Assembly (NCBI GenBank): GCA_030704615.1
Contig: CM060732.1
Location: 35,092,001-35,156,000, forward strand
Length of the DNA: 64,000 nt
DNA from: Takakia lepidozioides
Taxonomy: Eukaryota > Plantae > Bryophyta
Direction: 5' to 3'
Shown: positions 12,180 to 24,262 of the stretch, in pieces
How positions within the stretch are numbered: the first letter of the stretch is position 1
How the letters are laid out: each line of letters begins with the position of its first letter
Position numbers and translations under genes: made by a program
The notes under the pieces: generated by a model
What the model was told of the DNA's origin: nothing
Database searches by the model: none
What the model saw: the letters and a program-made list of their open reading frames with translations, nothing else

Positions 12180-12375
12180 GGAAGAGGACGTTCATGATTG
12201 CATCGAGTTGGTGAGAAGAATGAAGAAGGGGAGAGGGGTTAGAAAGGAGCCAGGTCGTTGCTACATTGAGATTTGCAACAGGATGCACACCTTCGCAGTA
12301 GATGACAGGTTGCATCTCAGAATGAAGGAAATCCATGCTGGGCTGAGAAGATTGTCTAGGCATATCAAGTGCCTT
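12180..12375 (+). pseudogene. Fragment of a PLS-class PPR protein E/E+ domain
   Basis: ELVRRMKKGRGVRKEPGRCYIEICNRMHTFAVDDRLHLRMKEIHAGLRRLSRHIK fits the E/E+ consensus (RGVKKEPGCSWIEV..VHTF...D..HP...IYA.L..L). Confidence 0.8.
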
Positions 12376-12627
12376 GAAAAGCCTGTTTTCCCCTTTTGTG
12401 AAATCGTCCTTTCATTTCCATGTTTATTTCTGCAAGTTACTGGTTGAGTGAACCATTGATAGTTTGCAATGCGTGTGATTGTTAGGCTGCTTCGGCATGT
12501 GATTGTTAGGCATTCATTGGGTTTGTTTTCATTGTTGGTCCACGATTGTTGCGATGGTGGTTTAGGTTGCCATGGTGGTTCTGACGATTGTTGGGGATGA
12601 CAGAGTGAAGACGAGCGCGACACACTG

Positions 12628-15600
12628 GTGGTATCATCGACAGCTCCAACTACTCGAGCAGTCACTCCAAAAGCAGCTAGTGGGCAGCAGTCGTCGAAGG
12701 TAGTGCTTCGCATGTTTGGATCAGCCAACTTGGGGCGGGAAGGCAAACATAATATTGCTTCTTTAGTTGGTATTCCGGAGGTTGGTGCAGGCGGCATGGC
12801 AGGTGAAGCCCGTCGGATGAGGACACCAGATCCGTTATTGAAGGAAGCTCATGCACATGCAGTAGGGCCCGCCCACGCAAAGAAGAAGAAGAAAGCCAAG
12901 TAGATGCAATCCCCGGTGAGAGAGCATTCACAGGCTGCGGAGGGGGGAGGGACCAGGTCGTCCGAGGGTGTCCGATCGCCTCAACCAAAGGTGGTTGATC
13001 TGGAGGCCTCCCCTGCTGCTACCCCTAGTAAGAAACAGAAGGCCCGTGAGAGGGCAAAAGAGAGGGAAAAAGAACAGGCGAGACACAAGGCTAGCCAGGA
13101 GGCAAGAGAAAAGGCCACTAATGAGGCCAGGGGTGACGACATGACACCTCTCGTAAGCGAGGGTCGCACAGAGAAGCTGGATCCCTCCAAGACACCAGAA
13201 AAAGGCAGTAGCGCACCGGCTGCATCCTTACCAGTGACACCATCGCGGGTGGGAGCAGCCCACGCAGTCACCCATACGGTGGAGACTGGAGGAGGGGAAA
13301 GAACACCACAAAGAGCCCAGATTGTGGGAGTTCGAGGTGAAGCCGCGGAGAGGGCAGTAGAGACGGGGAGAGTGGTGGAGGTGCTTCCGCCGGTGGTTGA
13401 CCATGTTGAGGAGGACGACAGGAAGCTTTCTGACCAGGATGACATCCTCCCGGACATCCCCAGGCCCCAAACCCGCAGCATACAGGCTGGATTTGGCGGT
13501 CCTGGTGGCCTGCCGGAGAACCCCTCTGCAGCAGACGTCATGTCGGAGGCGGATATGAAGTTGGCCGCTGCCAAGATGTTGGAGGCAACCCACAGCAACA
13601 TTGACAGGGTGCTGGGGGGCATGGTGTACCCGGCCAAGCTTCGAATTCCCCTTTGCCGCTTGGTGTCATTGCAGGTGGTGAGACCTGCCCTCCCAGGCGA
13701 TATCGACAAGCTGAAATTCTCTTTCCGGGAGGGATATCGAATGGGGTTTGCCGTGTTTTATGTTTCCATTGAGAACGACCACGGAGCTTCCCGTGCCCAC
13801 ACTTCCGATGAGGTGGACAAATGGGGTCCCCATTGGCAAAGGCGAAATGAGGAGTTCGAGAGATCGATTGCTACTGATCCTCTTTTCCAGCACTTGTCCG
13901 GAAAGATGTTTTACACCGAAAGCCAAAATTCGGCGCCATTTTTCCAGTTGCAGGCCCAGTCAGTTCTGGGACTTAGCCATTTCCGGGCCGAACCTGGGAA
14001 AATGGCGCCGAATTTCCAGTTCAGGGCACCCAAAATGGCTAAGTCCCTAGGGTGGCTGGCACCAAAATCCGAAATTCGGCGCCATTTTTCCGGTTCCAGG
14101 CCGAGTCAGTTCCGCCCCAACCTGGGAAAATGGTGCCGAATTTCCAGTTTAGGGACCTTAGTCTGTGTTTTTCATGAATGCATGTACTGCAAGTTCTCCC
14201 TTTTGGAGAAAGGTCATCTATCCTTCGAGCCACCATTCTTCCTGGCATGGAGGAACCCTGGGGCTGACTCCATGTACACTGACGTTATTGTGAAGGAGTG
14301 GCATCTCAAACATTTGCGTGATTGCCCTTGGTATGTGGACCTTCCGCCCGGCTCGCTCAACCCATCCGAGTTTCAATTGAAGCTGGATGCTGAGGCCCGA
14401 CGAAACCGGGCTCCGCTGCCTCTGCTGGGTCCAAAGGAGGCAAAAGCGCTTGCGAACTCCAGGAAAGCGGCAGAGCTTGCTCAGGCAGGAATTCAGGAGA
14501 AATTGAATGAGAAGAATAAAGGCCAAAAGAAAAGGACACGAAAACAGGGGAGTACAGTAACCCCCAAAAAACAGAAAACCATCGGGGCACCGGAGGAGGC
14601 GCAGGAGGGGACCCAAGGGAGTGACTCTGACGACGACTTTGTTCAAGGTCCTGCGACTGCAGCTGCTACTACCAAGTCACCGGTCGTCCGGGTTCCCAAG
14701 TCAGTTCGGACTGGGACTGGCTCTGCCAAGAAGTTGGCATTTGAGGGCGAGCCTACACGGCGGTATTTGGCGGTGACGTTTACGCACAGGCCAAAGCTAG
14801 AACCCCCAACCATCATCCAATGCGTCAATGAGAGCTTCATTGACGCTCTGGCTGCCAGGGGGAAGAAGGTGGCACACAGCAAGTCTTTGGAGGAGCAGAA
14901 GGGGAAAGCCAAGAAGAGGGCTGCCGATACAGAGCCTAAAGACACCCCTGGTTTGGAAGCCATGATGGAATTCTTCACGGCTGTGAGCACGGATTGCAAG
15001 AGCACTCGGGGGGGGGGGGGGGAGGGGGGGGGGGGGGGGGTTGAGGTGGAGAGAGCTTGCGATATGATTCTCCTCGACATTCCAAATGGGGAGCTGCTGG
15101 AGGGCCTGGATGGTGTGCCCACCTGGAACAGGTTTACTGAGGACTACTGGAAAGCCGGGTTTGGGCTGGCGGGGATGCTCCTGGATGACGGTGGATGTGT
15201 GGTTGTCCTTGCCTCAAGAGGGAAGACCACAGAGAATGTTGTGGCAAGATGGACACCGAAGAGTGTCACCCCGGTCCTCCTCAGAAAATGGTTCTGCATC
15301 AATACACAGGGGTTGCGAACAGAGGGCCAAAGTGTAAGTTATCAATCTATTGCATTCACCTCATATTGTGGTGTATCTAAAGTAGATCCTGGAGTTGATC
15401 CCTCTTTTGTTGGATGTGCAGACATTGGTGTTTGAGGCATATTGCTTTGTGAAGAGAGTGTCTACGTTCAAATACGACTGTCGTCTTGTTGATGCCGCTG
15501 TGGACCCTGTTACCTACGATGTCCTCTACAACTATGTGCCCCACTCCAGTATGCCGAAGGACACAAAGACAGGCAAACCGTGGCGGTACAGCCGGACCTG

Positions 15601-15917
15601 GAGCCCTGCTTTCATCCAAACCCTCATGGAGACGTGCTCGGATGTCCAAGGGTGGATTCTTGACCTCACATGCGGCACGGGTAAGCCTTCACGTGCTCAG
15701 TTTGTCCCCTGGCCCGATTGCAATTTGCATGCCGCAAGCTATTAACTGCCCGCTTTATTCCTCAGGTGTTTCAATGTGGGCAGGGACGTTGTCTGACATG
15801 CATGTGTTCGGCTTCGAGCCAGATACTGCCCTCCACAACTCGGAACTTGCAGCGGCTGAACGTCTGCCGAAAGAGGTTTTCGAAGGTGAATGGCTAGAAG
15901 GTGGATGGTCACCATAG
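12628..15917 (+). CDS. Putative ParB-like / beta-class N6A-N4C DNA methyltransferase fusion; exons to 15333, 15422-15680, 15766-15917; in-frame TAG at 12901; possibly degenerate
   Basis: RIPLCRLVSLQVVRPAL..GY...VFYVS..W..HW..N..FE..KMFY (ParB-like N-part); DMILLDIPN (motif IV position), LLDDGGCVVV, PWRYSRTWSPAFIQTLMETCSDVQGWILDLTCGTG|VSMWAGTLSDMHVFGFEPD (motifs X-I-II); introns 15334-15421 and 15681-15765 are GT-AG and phase-compatible. Confidence 0.7.
13915..14150. repeat. Inverted pairs of the AAATTCGGCGCC half-site inside the ORF
   Basis: aaattcggcgccatttttcc (~13926), ggaaaatggcgccgaatttcc (~13997), gaaattcggcgccatttttcc (14071), ggaaaatggtgccgaatttcc (~14125); also IR gggacttagccattt/aaatggctaagtccc. 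Confidence 0.85.
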
Positions 15918-17759
15918 TGGAAGTGGAAGTGACCAAGTAGGACTTTCTAGATACCTTCTTGTACAAGCTCGGGGGTGAAGCCACTAGTCTAAGTGTAAGA
16001 GTATGATGGTGGCTTCTATGGTTGGGAGGAGAGCTTTAGTTTAAGACTTTAGTTCTTGTTCATGTTCTTGCTCAATTCTAACACAATTCCTTGTAGAAAG
16101 TTGCAGAACGTTCCGCAGCATATCACAGTAAGAGGCTAGAGCAACAACAAGGCAGAGAGGGTATGGAAACTCCCTAAGACATGCTTCATCACCACTGGAT
16201 TCTGTCACCATGACAGTTTTGTCTTGGCAGAAGGGGAAGAGCACCGCATGTAACATGGCGGCTCATTAAGTGAGCTGGGATGCTAGAGAGGTGCAAAAGA
16301 GTGTGAAGAGTGTGAAGAGATGCTACTGGAAACATGTGAAAATACGCACATTTCGACATGCAGGCATAACATCATAAGAAAGAACATAGGATGATTGGAG
16401 TTGGCATAAAGCTAGTGTAACCATGTGGATGTAAGCAAATCACGCCATGAACCTAGCTTTCCCCAAGGAATGGACAGAAGATGAGAATGGTCTTGAGTCG
16501 TGCGATGAAAACATTGAAATCAGCATGCCGTTCAATCTGAACAGAGGGAGCCATACTGTGGGCGATGGCGAAGGGTGGTAAAACGACTAAGTCCCCGGCC
16601 ACTCACCGCAAACTGCGGAGCGCCGGGGCCGCCCCTCCCTCGTCGCTTTTCCGCCATTTATCCTTTGGACCATCAATAAATATTCTTGTATGAAACCCCT
16701 AATTAACTGTTTGAAGCAAGACGATGCTTTCTCATGTTTTTTATATTTGATCCACAACAACAAAATATTATTGCATTGTAATTGAATCATCCAATACGTA
16801 TGTTGTCAAGGGGTGAAGGCACAAAGGTCGCTCAATGAGTGGTCATGGGCTCAACTCTGCATAGCTGATGTTTGAATGCCAAAATGTGGTAGTGAGTACT
16901 TGATACTTGGGAGTCATTTGGTGCAGTTTGGGTAGCTTATTGTCCTGATTAACTTATGGCCCTTAATTCTAAGATGTCTGATAGAAGGCAATGGCCACCT
17001 TTGGGGTAAACTAAAATATGATATATGTTTGCTTCGTCAAGACTTCCACGATTGCAATTGTTGATTATTATACTTAAGAAAATATGTTAATTTTTTAGAA
17101 CAAAATTTAAGATAATTGTGTTGATCACCATCTTATATTCTTGATGTATGAGTCGTCGTTTCCATTCATTCAATACTTACACTTATTTGTTTACTATTAT
17201 ATGACATTATCGCAACGAGGACTATCCATCCATCCAATTCGGCTCTTCTCATTATCAAAAATCATCATCATACCTCTCAAGCTTTTTCCTGCACAACAAA
17301 ATAATTGTGCTTTTATATATCATAACAATATAGTAATGATATATAACATATAACATCTAAGCAACGGCTCGTTGCACGTTGTATCTGCTCTACAAAAAAG
17401 AGATATCAGCTTAGAACTCTATGATGATCCTTTGCACAAGAAATGAAACATTATAAGATGTTTTTAACAATGATCTATTTATAAGAATGAAGGAAGCCAA
17501 ACAAGCGTAATATATGGTGCCACTTCACCCCCAAAGGCTATTGCCTTCCGTTTGGAAGGTAACACGTTGTAACGGCCGTAACTGGGACAACGCGGTTGCC
17601 CCCAAATACTTGAATATCTAGGTATTCGCACATAAGTAATTACCAAATGACCTAGATACCCCCTTTTATAGGTGGATTGGCCATAATGGGTGACATCCAA
17701 TGTTAGGCCGTAAAGCACTGCCACAAATTTTTATGTGTGTTTATCGTGCTGTTAAAAAG

Positions 17760-17853
17760 CAGAATTCATCGGGGTGTATTCTGCATTTCGGAACGCACCC
17801 CATTAGCTCCCTCGAGTGCATTCCGAAATGCAGAATGCACCAGATAAATTTTG
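17760..17853. repeat. Inverted repeat / hairpin just outside the MULE left TIR
   Basis: gtgtattctgcatttcggaacgcac (17774-17798) pairs with gtgcattccgaaatgcagaatgcac (17816-17840). Confidence 0.8.
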
Positions 17854-18782
17854 TGGCAGTTCTTTATGCAGGGTAATGCCCCTCTTGTGGGGCATTCCCG
17901 GATGGCGCACATTAGAAAAGGCCCGGGAGTTTAATGCGACCCCTTCGGTCCTGCCTGCGTGGCACCCCCCGCCACCCCAGCCGCACCCCCTTTGCCGGCT
18001 CCTGCGTGGCTCGCGGTCGCTGTGCCCCCGCGCCACCCCACCCCTCCCCCCCCCGCCCCCCATCCCCCTGCCCGCCCGCCCTCCCCGCCCCCGCCCGCCG
18101 GCCGTCACCACACCACATGAACTCTGTGGCACATGACACCTGTCACCACAACCCACCATCGCGCGCAGGACACATCGCATGACGAAAGATGGATGGGATG
18201 CAACATGATCCATGTGCTGCAATCACCCATGCTGATGGACGGCTTGACATGACAGGATGTGACACATACTCATATACGGTCGTAGGGAGATCACGATGAT
18301 CATGCTTTCGTGCTTTTCGCGTCCAGTTTGCACGCACATGGTGGACCTGTCGATTCGAATGTGGCCCTTCAGCTGTCACTCCCCACGTCGATGCTTGATT
18401 GATTTAATTCATGGCAGCCACAGGACAGGTTTTCCAAGCTTCCTGGCGTTTGCATGGCCCGAAATGTATGATCCCGGCGGAAGCGGTGTTACAAGCACTT
18501 CCTGGAGGAGTATGCATCGCGGCTGTTATAAACTGTTGACTGAGTTGTGGCGGTGAAGCGATTACTCATTCGACTTGAGTATAGGGTTTCTTTTTGGAGA
18601 ATTTGGAAGTCATTCGTGTGATTTGCAGCTATTTTCTTCCTCTTGCTTGCCATTTCTGTCTGTTGCAGTCCATTTGCGTGCTTCATGTTTTAGTTTGAGT
18701 TCTTGCTTTCACATTCCAACAACCTTAGCTCTGCTGGAGGATTCTTCAGGAGGAGGGTAGTGGATTTGGAGTGGGCGCCGAT

Positions 18783-21269
18783 ATGGTGAAACAATCCTCC
18801 ATGCGCGAAGCGCGTCGGACATACAATGAAACGTACGACTCTGATGAGTGGGAAAATCTCATATGCGAGGCTCACTCAGAGGCAAGGGTTGAGCAGCCCA
18901 GTGATGATATTAGGAAGCCATTCAAGTGTATCCACTGTCTTAAGCAATATAAAGATAAGAAGAAACTTAACATTCACAGGATAAATGGCTGTGATGCTGC
19001 TGTGGGAAAGGGTGGGCCTAAACTGAAAATGTACCCTGTTTTTTAAAAGGGGCAAAGGCACATCATGGAGGCTGTTCTTAGTAAGCACGGGATGAAGCCT
19101 CATTCCTGCAAGTTGATGAAGACGGCAGAAGAGACTACACGAGAACCTAAGCACAGGAAGCACATGAGTCTTCGGAAGGAGCCGGGAGTGGACCTTGACG
19201 ATGATGATGACGCACCATTAATACTAAGGCGGCACCGCAACTTCTTCTGACAACATAAGCTCAACCCCTATTGCTACTGCGACAATTTCTAGTTGTTGGA
19301 CGCACCACCCGCGCTGCCACAGCAGACTGTTAGACCTCATCGCATTTGAAAGGAGTCATTGGACGCACCTCTGCCATCACAGGAAAGTCTTCCATCTGAG
19401 CGCATTGTAAACTCTACATTTGTATGACCTCCTGCCGTGCCACAGCAAAGTCTTCGACCCGAAGTACACGTTGGAGTTGCATCTTCAGGTAGACAAGATG
19501 GCAGACCTCCAGTGCACATTCTGAACTCCACAACCCTTGCACCGCTAAGTAGAGAAGAGGCAAGGGAAGGCTTTGTCAAGGCGTCGTTGCTACTGACCTC
19601 GGATATTGTTGTGCCTCCCATACCCGCACCTATTTCATGCCCAGGACTGACCTATCTGATGAGTTCGACTTGTTGCCCGACGGATTTCCATCTCTGGACA
19701 AGCCTTCTTTTCTCAATCGTCTTGTGGCTTTTATTGGGAAATTTGAGTTCGGGGACCAAATGATGGGCAACGCTTTTGGTCAATGGTGGCTTAAACGACG
19801 GGTAACACACCTTCTTCTTGGCGTGCACCTTCATGATCACAACTCCTTCTTTGATGATGCGTGTCTTTGCATTTGTTTGAAGTTGCCTTTCAAGTTTAGG
19901 GTTTTTGGTTACTCTTCCTCTATTACTAACCAGCTCCATGACTCTGCAATGGCAGGGGAGCAGTTTGATGCACCTCTAGAGGAGAAGACAGCTGTGGAAA
20001 ATGTGGTGGAGCTATTTGCCATACGTCCTGGAGTAACTCATGACCATCCCGCTCAGTTGGCGGAATGCCAACTGGTGATGGCACATCACAAGTATGCCAT
20101 GGCATTGCTGGATTTCGAAATGAAAGGAATTGCAGCCCAGTCTGAGTTGGAGGCTCGTAGAAGGCAGTTTGTTGAAGACAACATGGCAAAATGGGATAGA
20201 GAACAATATGATGAGAAACAAGAGGGAATCTAGGGTTGGTCCCCTCTGTACCAAATTGTTGCAACAGGTGAGATCCTTGAGTTGCCCCCCGATATGTTCA
20301 CACATTCTGAGGATGAATCTGATAGGTTGATGGTCATTCTTGAGGCTGCTCGCCACCACGCTCCACCTCCAAACAATCCGCTTTTCAGCAGGGTGTTCCG
20401 TCTGGTTTGGATGTCTCACGTTCACAACATGAAACCTATGTCAATTCCCCGAAACTCCATCTTGTTAACTCTCCGAAATCATCTTCTCAACATAGAAGAT
20501 GGCCAGTGTGCCATTACAAATGCGGGTGAGAATTTTCTGCAGATTGGATACTTCCTGTACGGAGGCATGCCCCCATACAAGGAAGCCCAAACTCAGGTGC
20601 GTGAAGGGCTTGCAGCCCTTCGGGGAGTGCGGAAAGAGGACTGCGAACACCTTTTTGAAGATTTGCATTGTTTCATGCGCGAGGTCCGATGCAGGGCTGT
20701 GCGTGACCTCGCCGTTCTGAATCCTATTGCCTTCAGAATATTGTGGTGTGGGAGTATACCAACTGATGGTGCAGGGGGCAAGAAAAAGGCCTTGAAGGAC
20801 TTCAACAAAATTTTGAAGCATCGGGAGGATGTCGACATGGGCTGGCTTCCTTGTCCACCAAGTGTGTATTGCCCTTACCACGGTTCGTGCTACTGCATTT
20901 CAGTTCCTGGTGGTTCTTAAGAATGTCCCTGTTGTTGTTCTCATTTCATTTCTTGTCACGGCCACATTTTCACAATGCCGATGTTGGTGTGCAGGCTGTC
21001 TTGTCTACGGGGAATCCAGCCTACATGACAAACTTGAGGCTGCCCGACAAATCCTCCATGAGGTCCACATTGAGAGGCTCGCAAGGGATGAGGCACGTTT
21101 CTACAATGCCAAGTGTGGACATAAAGAGGCAGCTGTCCTTGAACCGCAGTCAAGCGCACTCGTTCACCTGAGTACAAATACGAACATGGGGGCACTCATT
21201 TTGGCCGCTAACATGGCATGCAATTCCACACCTTCTGATGAGGCCAACAATGCAGTGGTCATGTGGTAG
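18783..21269 (+). pseudogene. MULE second gene: C2H2-like zinc finger plus unknown domains, convergent with the transposase
   Basis: KPFKCIHCLKQYKDKKKLNIHRINGC; ORFs 19637-20233 and 20282-20920 share a frame, separated by TAG; GT-AG introns ~19802-19933 and ~20883-20994. Confidence 0.55.
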
Positions 21270-21439
21270 CTAAATTGGTTGCATGGCCCTCTTGCCTGGG
21301 GCAAGCCCATGATCCCCTCCCAATGCTGTATCGCTGCCCCCACAGCTCCCACTGCTTCACACCCACACAGACACCACATCATTTTCCACCCCCCGTCTTG
21401 GAAATTTGGGCTGCTCCATCCATTCTCGCATCCATTCGA

Positions 21440-22200
21440 AGGGCAGAAGAAGAGGCGATAGACCTACCTTCGTGCGGGGTTCAGTCCAGTAGTGGGACTT
21501 ATGTTGGTATACAAAATTGGTTCAGGAGATTGTTGAACCTTTGCTTCGTTCCTCTACAAAGTCCTTCACACATGCATCAACCTACTGAGGGTGACCTGCC
21601 CAGCAATCATACCCCCACATGGCCAGGGTTTTAGACTCAGCCTGGATCGCAGTTTCTTAAATCTCTTGAAAGTTGGTGACAGAGCTGCAGGGAGAGACTA
21701 TATTCGACATTGTTCAGGCTTTCCTTCATTCCTCTAGAAAGTCCTTCACACATGCATGAATCTGCTGAGTATGACCTGCCCAGCAATCAGACACCAACAT
21801 GGCCAGGGCTTTAGGCTCAGCCTCGACAAAGTTTGTGAAAGTGGTTGAAAGTTGGTGAACAGAGGTGCAGGGAGAGACTATGTTCTTGCTGGTCCTGAAT
21901 ACTCACCAGCCCTTGTTTGCCATAGCGTCATGGCCATAGACCCCGCATCCATGGTTGGGCAGCAGAAGAGGCGATATACCTACATTTGTGAGGGGTTAAT
22001 CCAGTACTGAGACTTACGTTGGTATATAAAATTGGTTCGGGAAATTGTTCAGGCTTTCCAGATTTCCTGCAGAAATCCCTCCGCACAAGCATCCATCTGT
22101 TGTATACCCCAAGAGGAGCATGGCTTTAGGCTGAGCCTCCTGATTTTCAATGTTGGTGAACAGAGGTGTCAGGAGTATGGTCCTGAATAGGGTTGCTCAC
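21440..22200 (-). mobile_element. Three tandem 3'-end fragments of an RTE-X-like LINE
   Basis: Repeated 'cctctagaaagtccttcacacatgcat...cagcaat...ggccagggctttag', homologous to 50505-50730. Confidence 0.75.
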
Positions 22201-23954
22201 TCATGAGAAAACCCCAACACTGAGTGATTCCAACAACTCCCAGCATGTGTCATTCACTTTCAACTCCACCCGCTGCACCTACTTCAGACCATATGCAAGT
22301 GCATGAACCCGTGCATGTGCAAGCAAGATGGGAGGACCTTCACACCATGTGAAAGCAAAATGAAAACCATGAATGCCGGGAGTACACATTGGACATGAAA
22401 ACATGGAAAGATTGCTGTAACAATCTGTTTTTTGGCATTTACATTGTTCAAGCAAACATCACATGCTTCCAGAATTCCACCCTGAAGGGTCACACAAACG
22501 TAGAAAAGAGGCAAACTATGTGATGCTAGTGAAAGAGGTTCAGGATGCTATTGACCAGTCAACCTCTTTGAAATTCCACTCATAATTAGGCACCTGAACC
22601 TCTTGCCTAATCATTCTCTCTTTCCAAACACACACTCGCATATCCCACTGAAAGAAGAAGACTGAGTGGTGGAAGTGATTGCTTCCCCAATGCGGCAAGA
22701 CACGCAAAAACACCGAGGATGAGTTCTTCCGCAAATGCATGAAGGAAGTGAACATGACATGCATCACTCCATCCTCAATAGTTAGGCAAATGTCACCAGC
22801 CCTGGTCCAAGGTCTTTCAGGTCTGCAACCCTTCTGAAGCTTGCGCATGATGGGGGAAAGAAGTTCGTCCAGCAGTTTAATGCAGTCCCAGCCTTCATCC
22901 ACCCATTGAAACAAGGTAAGAATATGAGAACACTCGTTCTCCTTCAAAGGGTCCAGGCCCAAAGCATGTGGCCCCTACTCTTCGTTAGGAGCACACATGA
23001 ATCTTGACCTGAGTACAATTGTGTTAGGCTGTTTTGCAGCTGCACTGTTGGTGTCATCTTAAAAGCCAGACCAGCCCACTCTACCTACAGATACATGTGT
23101 TGTAAGAATGATATCCCCTGCTATGGATTTTGACCAATCCACCAACGCTTCCAATCCAGAGATGCGAGTCCCCACGATGCCAGTAATATCTCCTACCAAC
23201 TCCTTGTGAGTGTCGACATCAACAAAAGCTTCCTCTTGTAGTCAGGAGCTGCCTACTCCTTCTTGAGCCTCTGACATTGCTAAGTGCGAGAGGCGGAAGT
23301 GAAAGAGGCAACAAGGCCAGGCAAATGGGTGAGGGAAAGTGTGTCGAGCGGCTTTTACTCACCCATCCCTTTGCTATCCGAGGAAACTCCAAGATAGAAG
23401 AGTTGGATATCTCTAAGCACTCAGCCTGCTCAGTACAATCAGTCATGACCTGCAGCTAGTGAATCATGGTTGTGCTTCCCTTTTGTATTCCTTCTTGCCT
23501 TCATGTTAACAATTTACCTTATCTGATACTGAAGCATCAGTTTGCTTCAGTATCTTCTTAGTTCCAGTTAATCATGCATTCATTTCACAGCTTCACTCAT
23601 GTCTCTCTACACAGTGTGCTTGTATCGAATAAGTTTCAGATTACGATTTATCAGGTACTAGGCCAATGTCAAGTGACTCTAATCCACCCTACAGTATCAC
23701 TACAGTTCTGCATGAAGTAAAGCATCTACTATTCATCTCTCCTCCTACTCCGTGCTCTCGTTCTTGCTCTCCGCCTGATCTCCTCTCCTCCATGACCATC
23801 AAGCGCTCCCCCCGTGAAGTGTCCTTCTTTCTGTTGCCGCTCTCCTTATCTGCCCCCCAAGCTGTTCTAACCACCTAACTAATTAACCGTTATCCCCGAA
23901 GTATCACGTTCCTTCTGCAGATGTCGTTCCCTGCCATTGATAACTGTTTCCCAT

Positions 23955-24262
23955 GTACTGTGACAGACTGTGTCAAGCTGTGCCGAGCTGTGACTGGTTG
24001 TGTCGGCTGTGTTGGCTGTGTCGGGCTGTGTTGGCTGTGACGAGCTGTGGCGGCCGTGCGAAGCTGTGTCAGGCTGTGTCGGGCTCTGTTGGCTGTGACG
24101 GGCTGTGGCGGCCGTGTGAAGCTGTGTCAGGCTGTGTCGGCTGTGATTGGCTGTGACGGACTGTGTCGGCTGTGCGAAGCTGTGTCAGGCTGTGTCGGTT
24201 CTGATTGGCTGTGACGGGCTGTGTCGGGCTGTGTCGGCTATGACGGGCTGTGTCGGGCTATA
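23955..24262. repeat. Low-complexity tandem repeat of GCTGTGTCGG/GCTGTGAC-like 9-10 bp units
   Basis: Directly visible. Confidence 0.9.

Noticed and set aside
17803-18222. Gly/Pro-rich ORFs here and at 29038-29414
   Set aside because: They are readings of the GC-rich MULE TIRs
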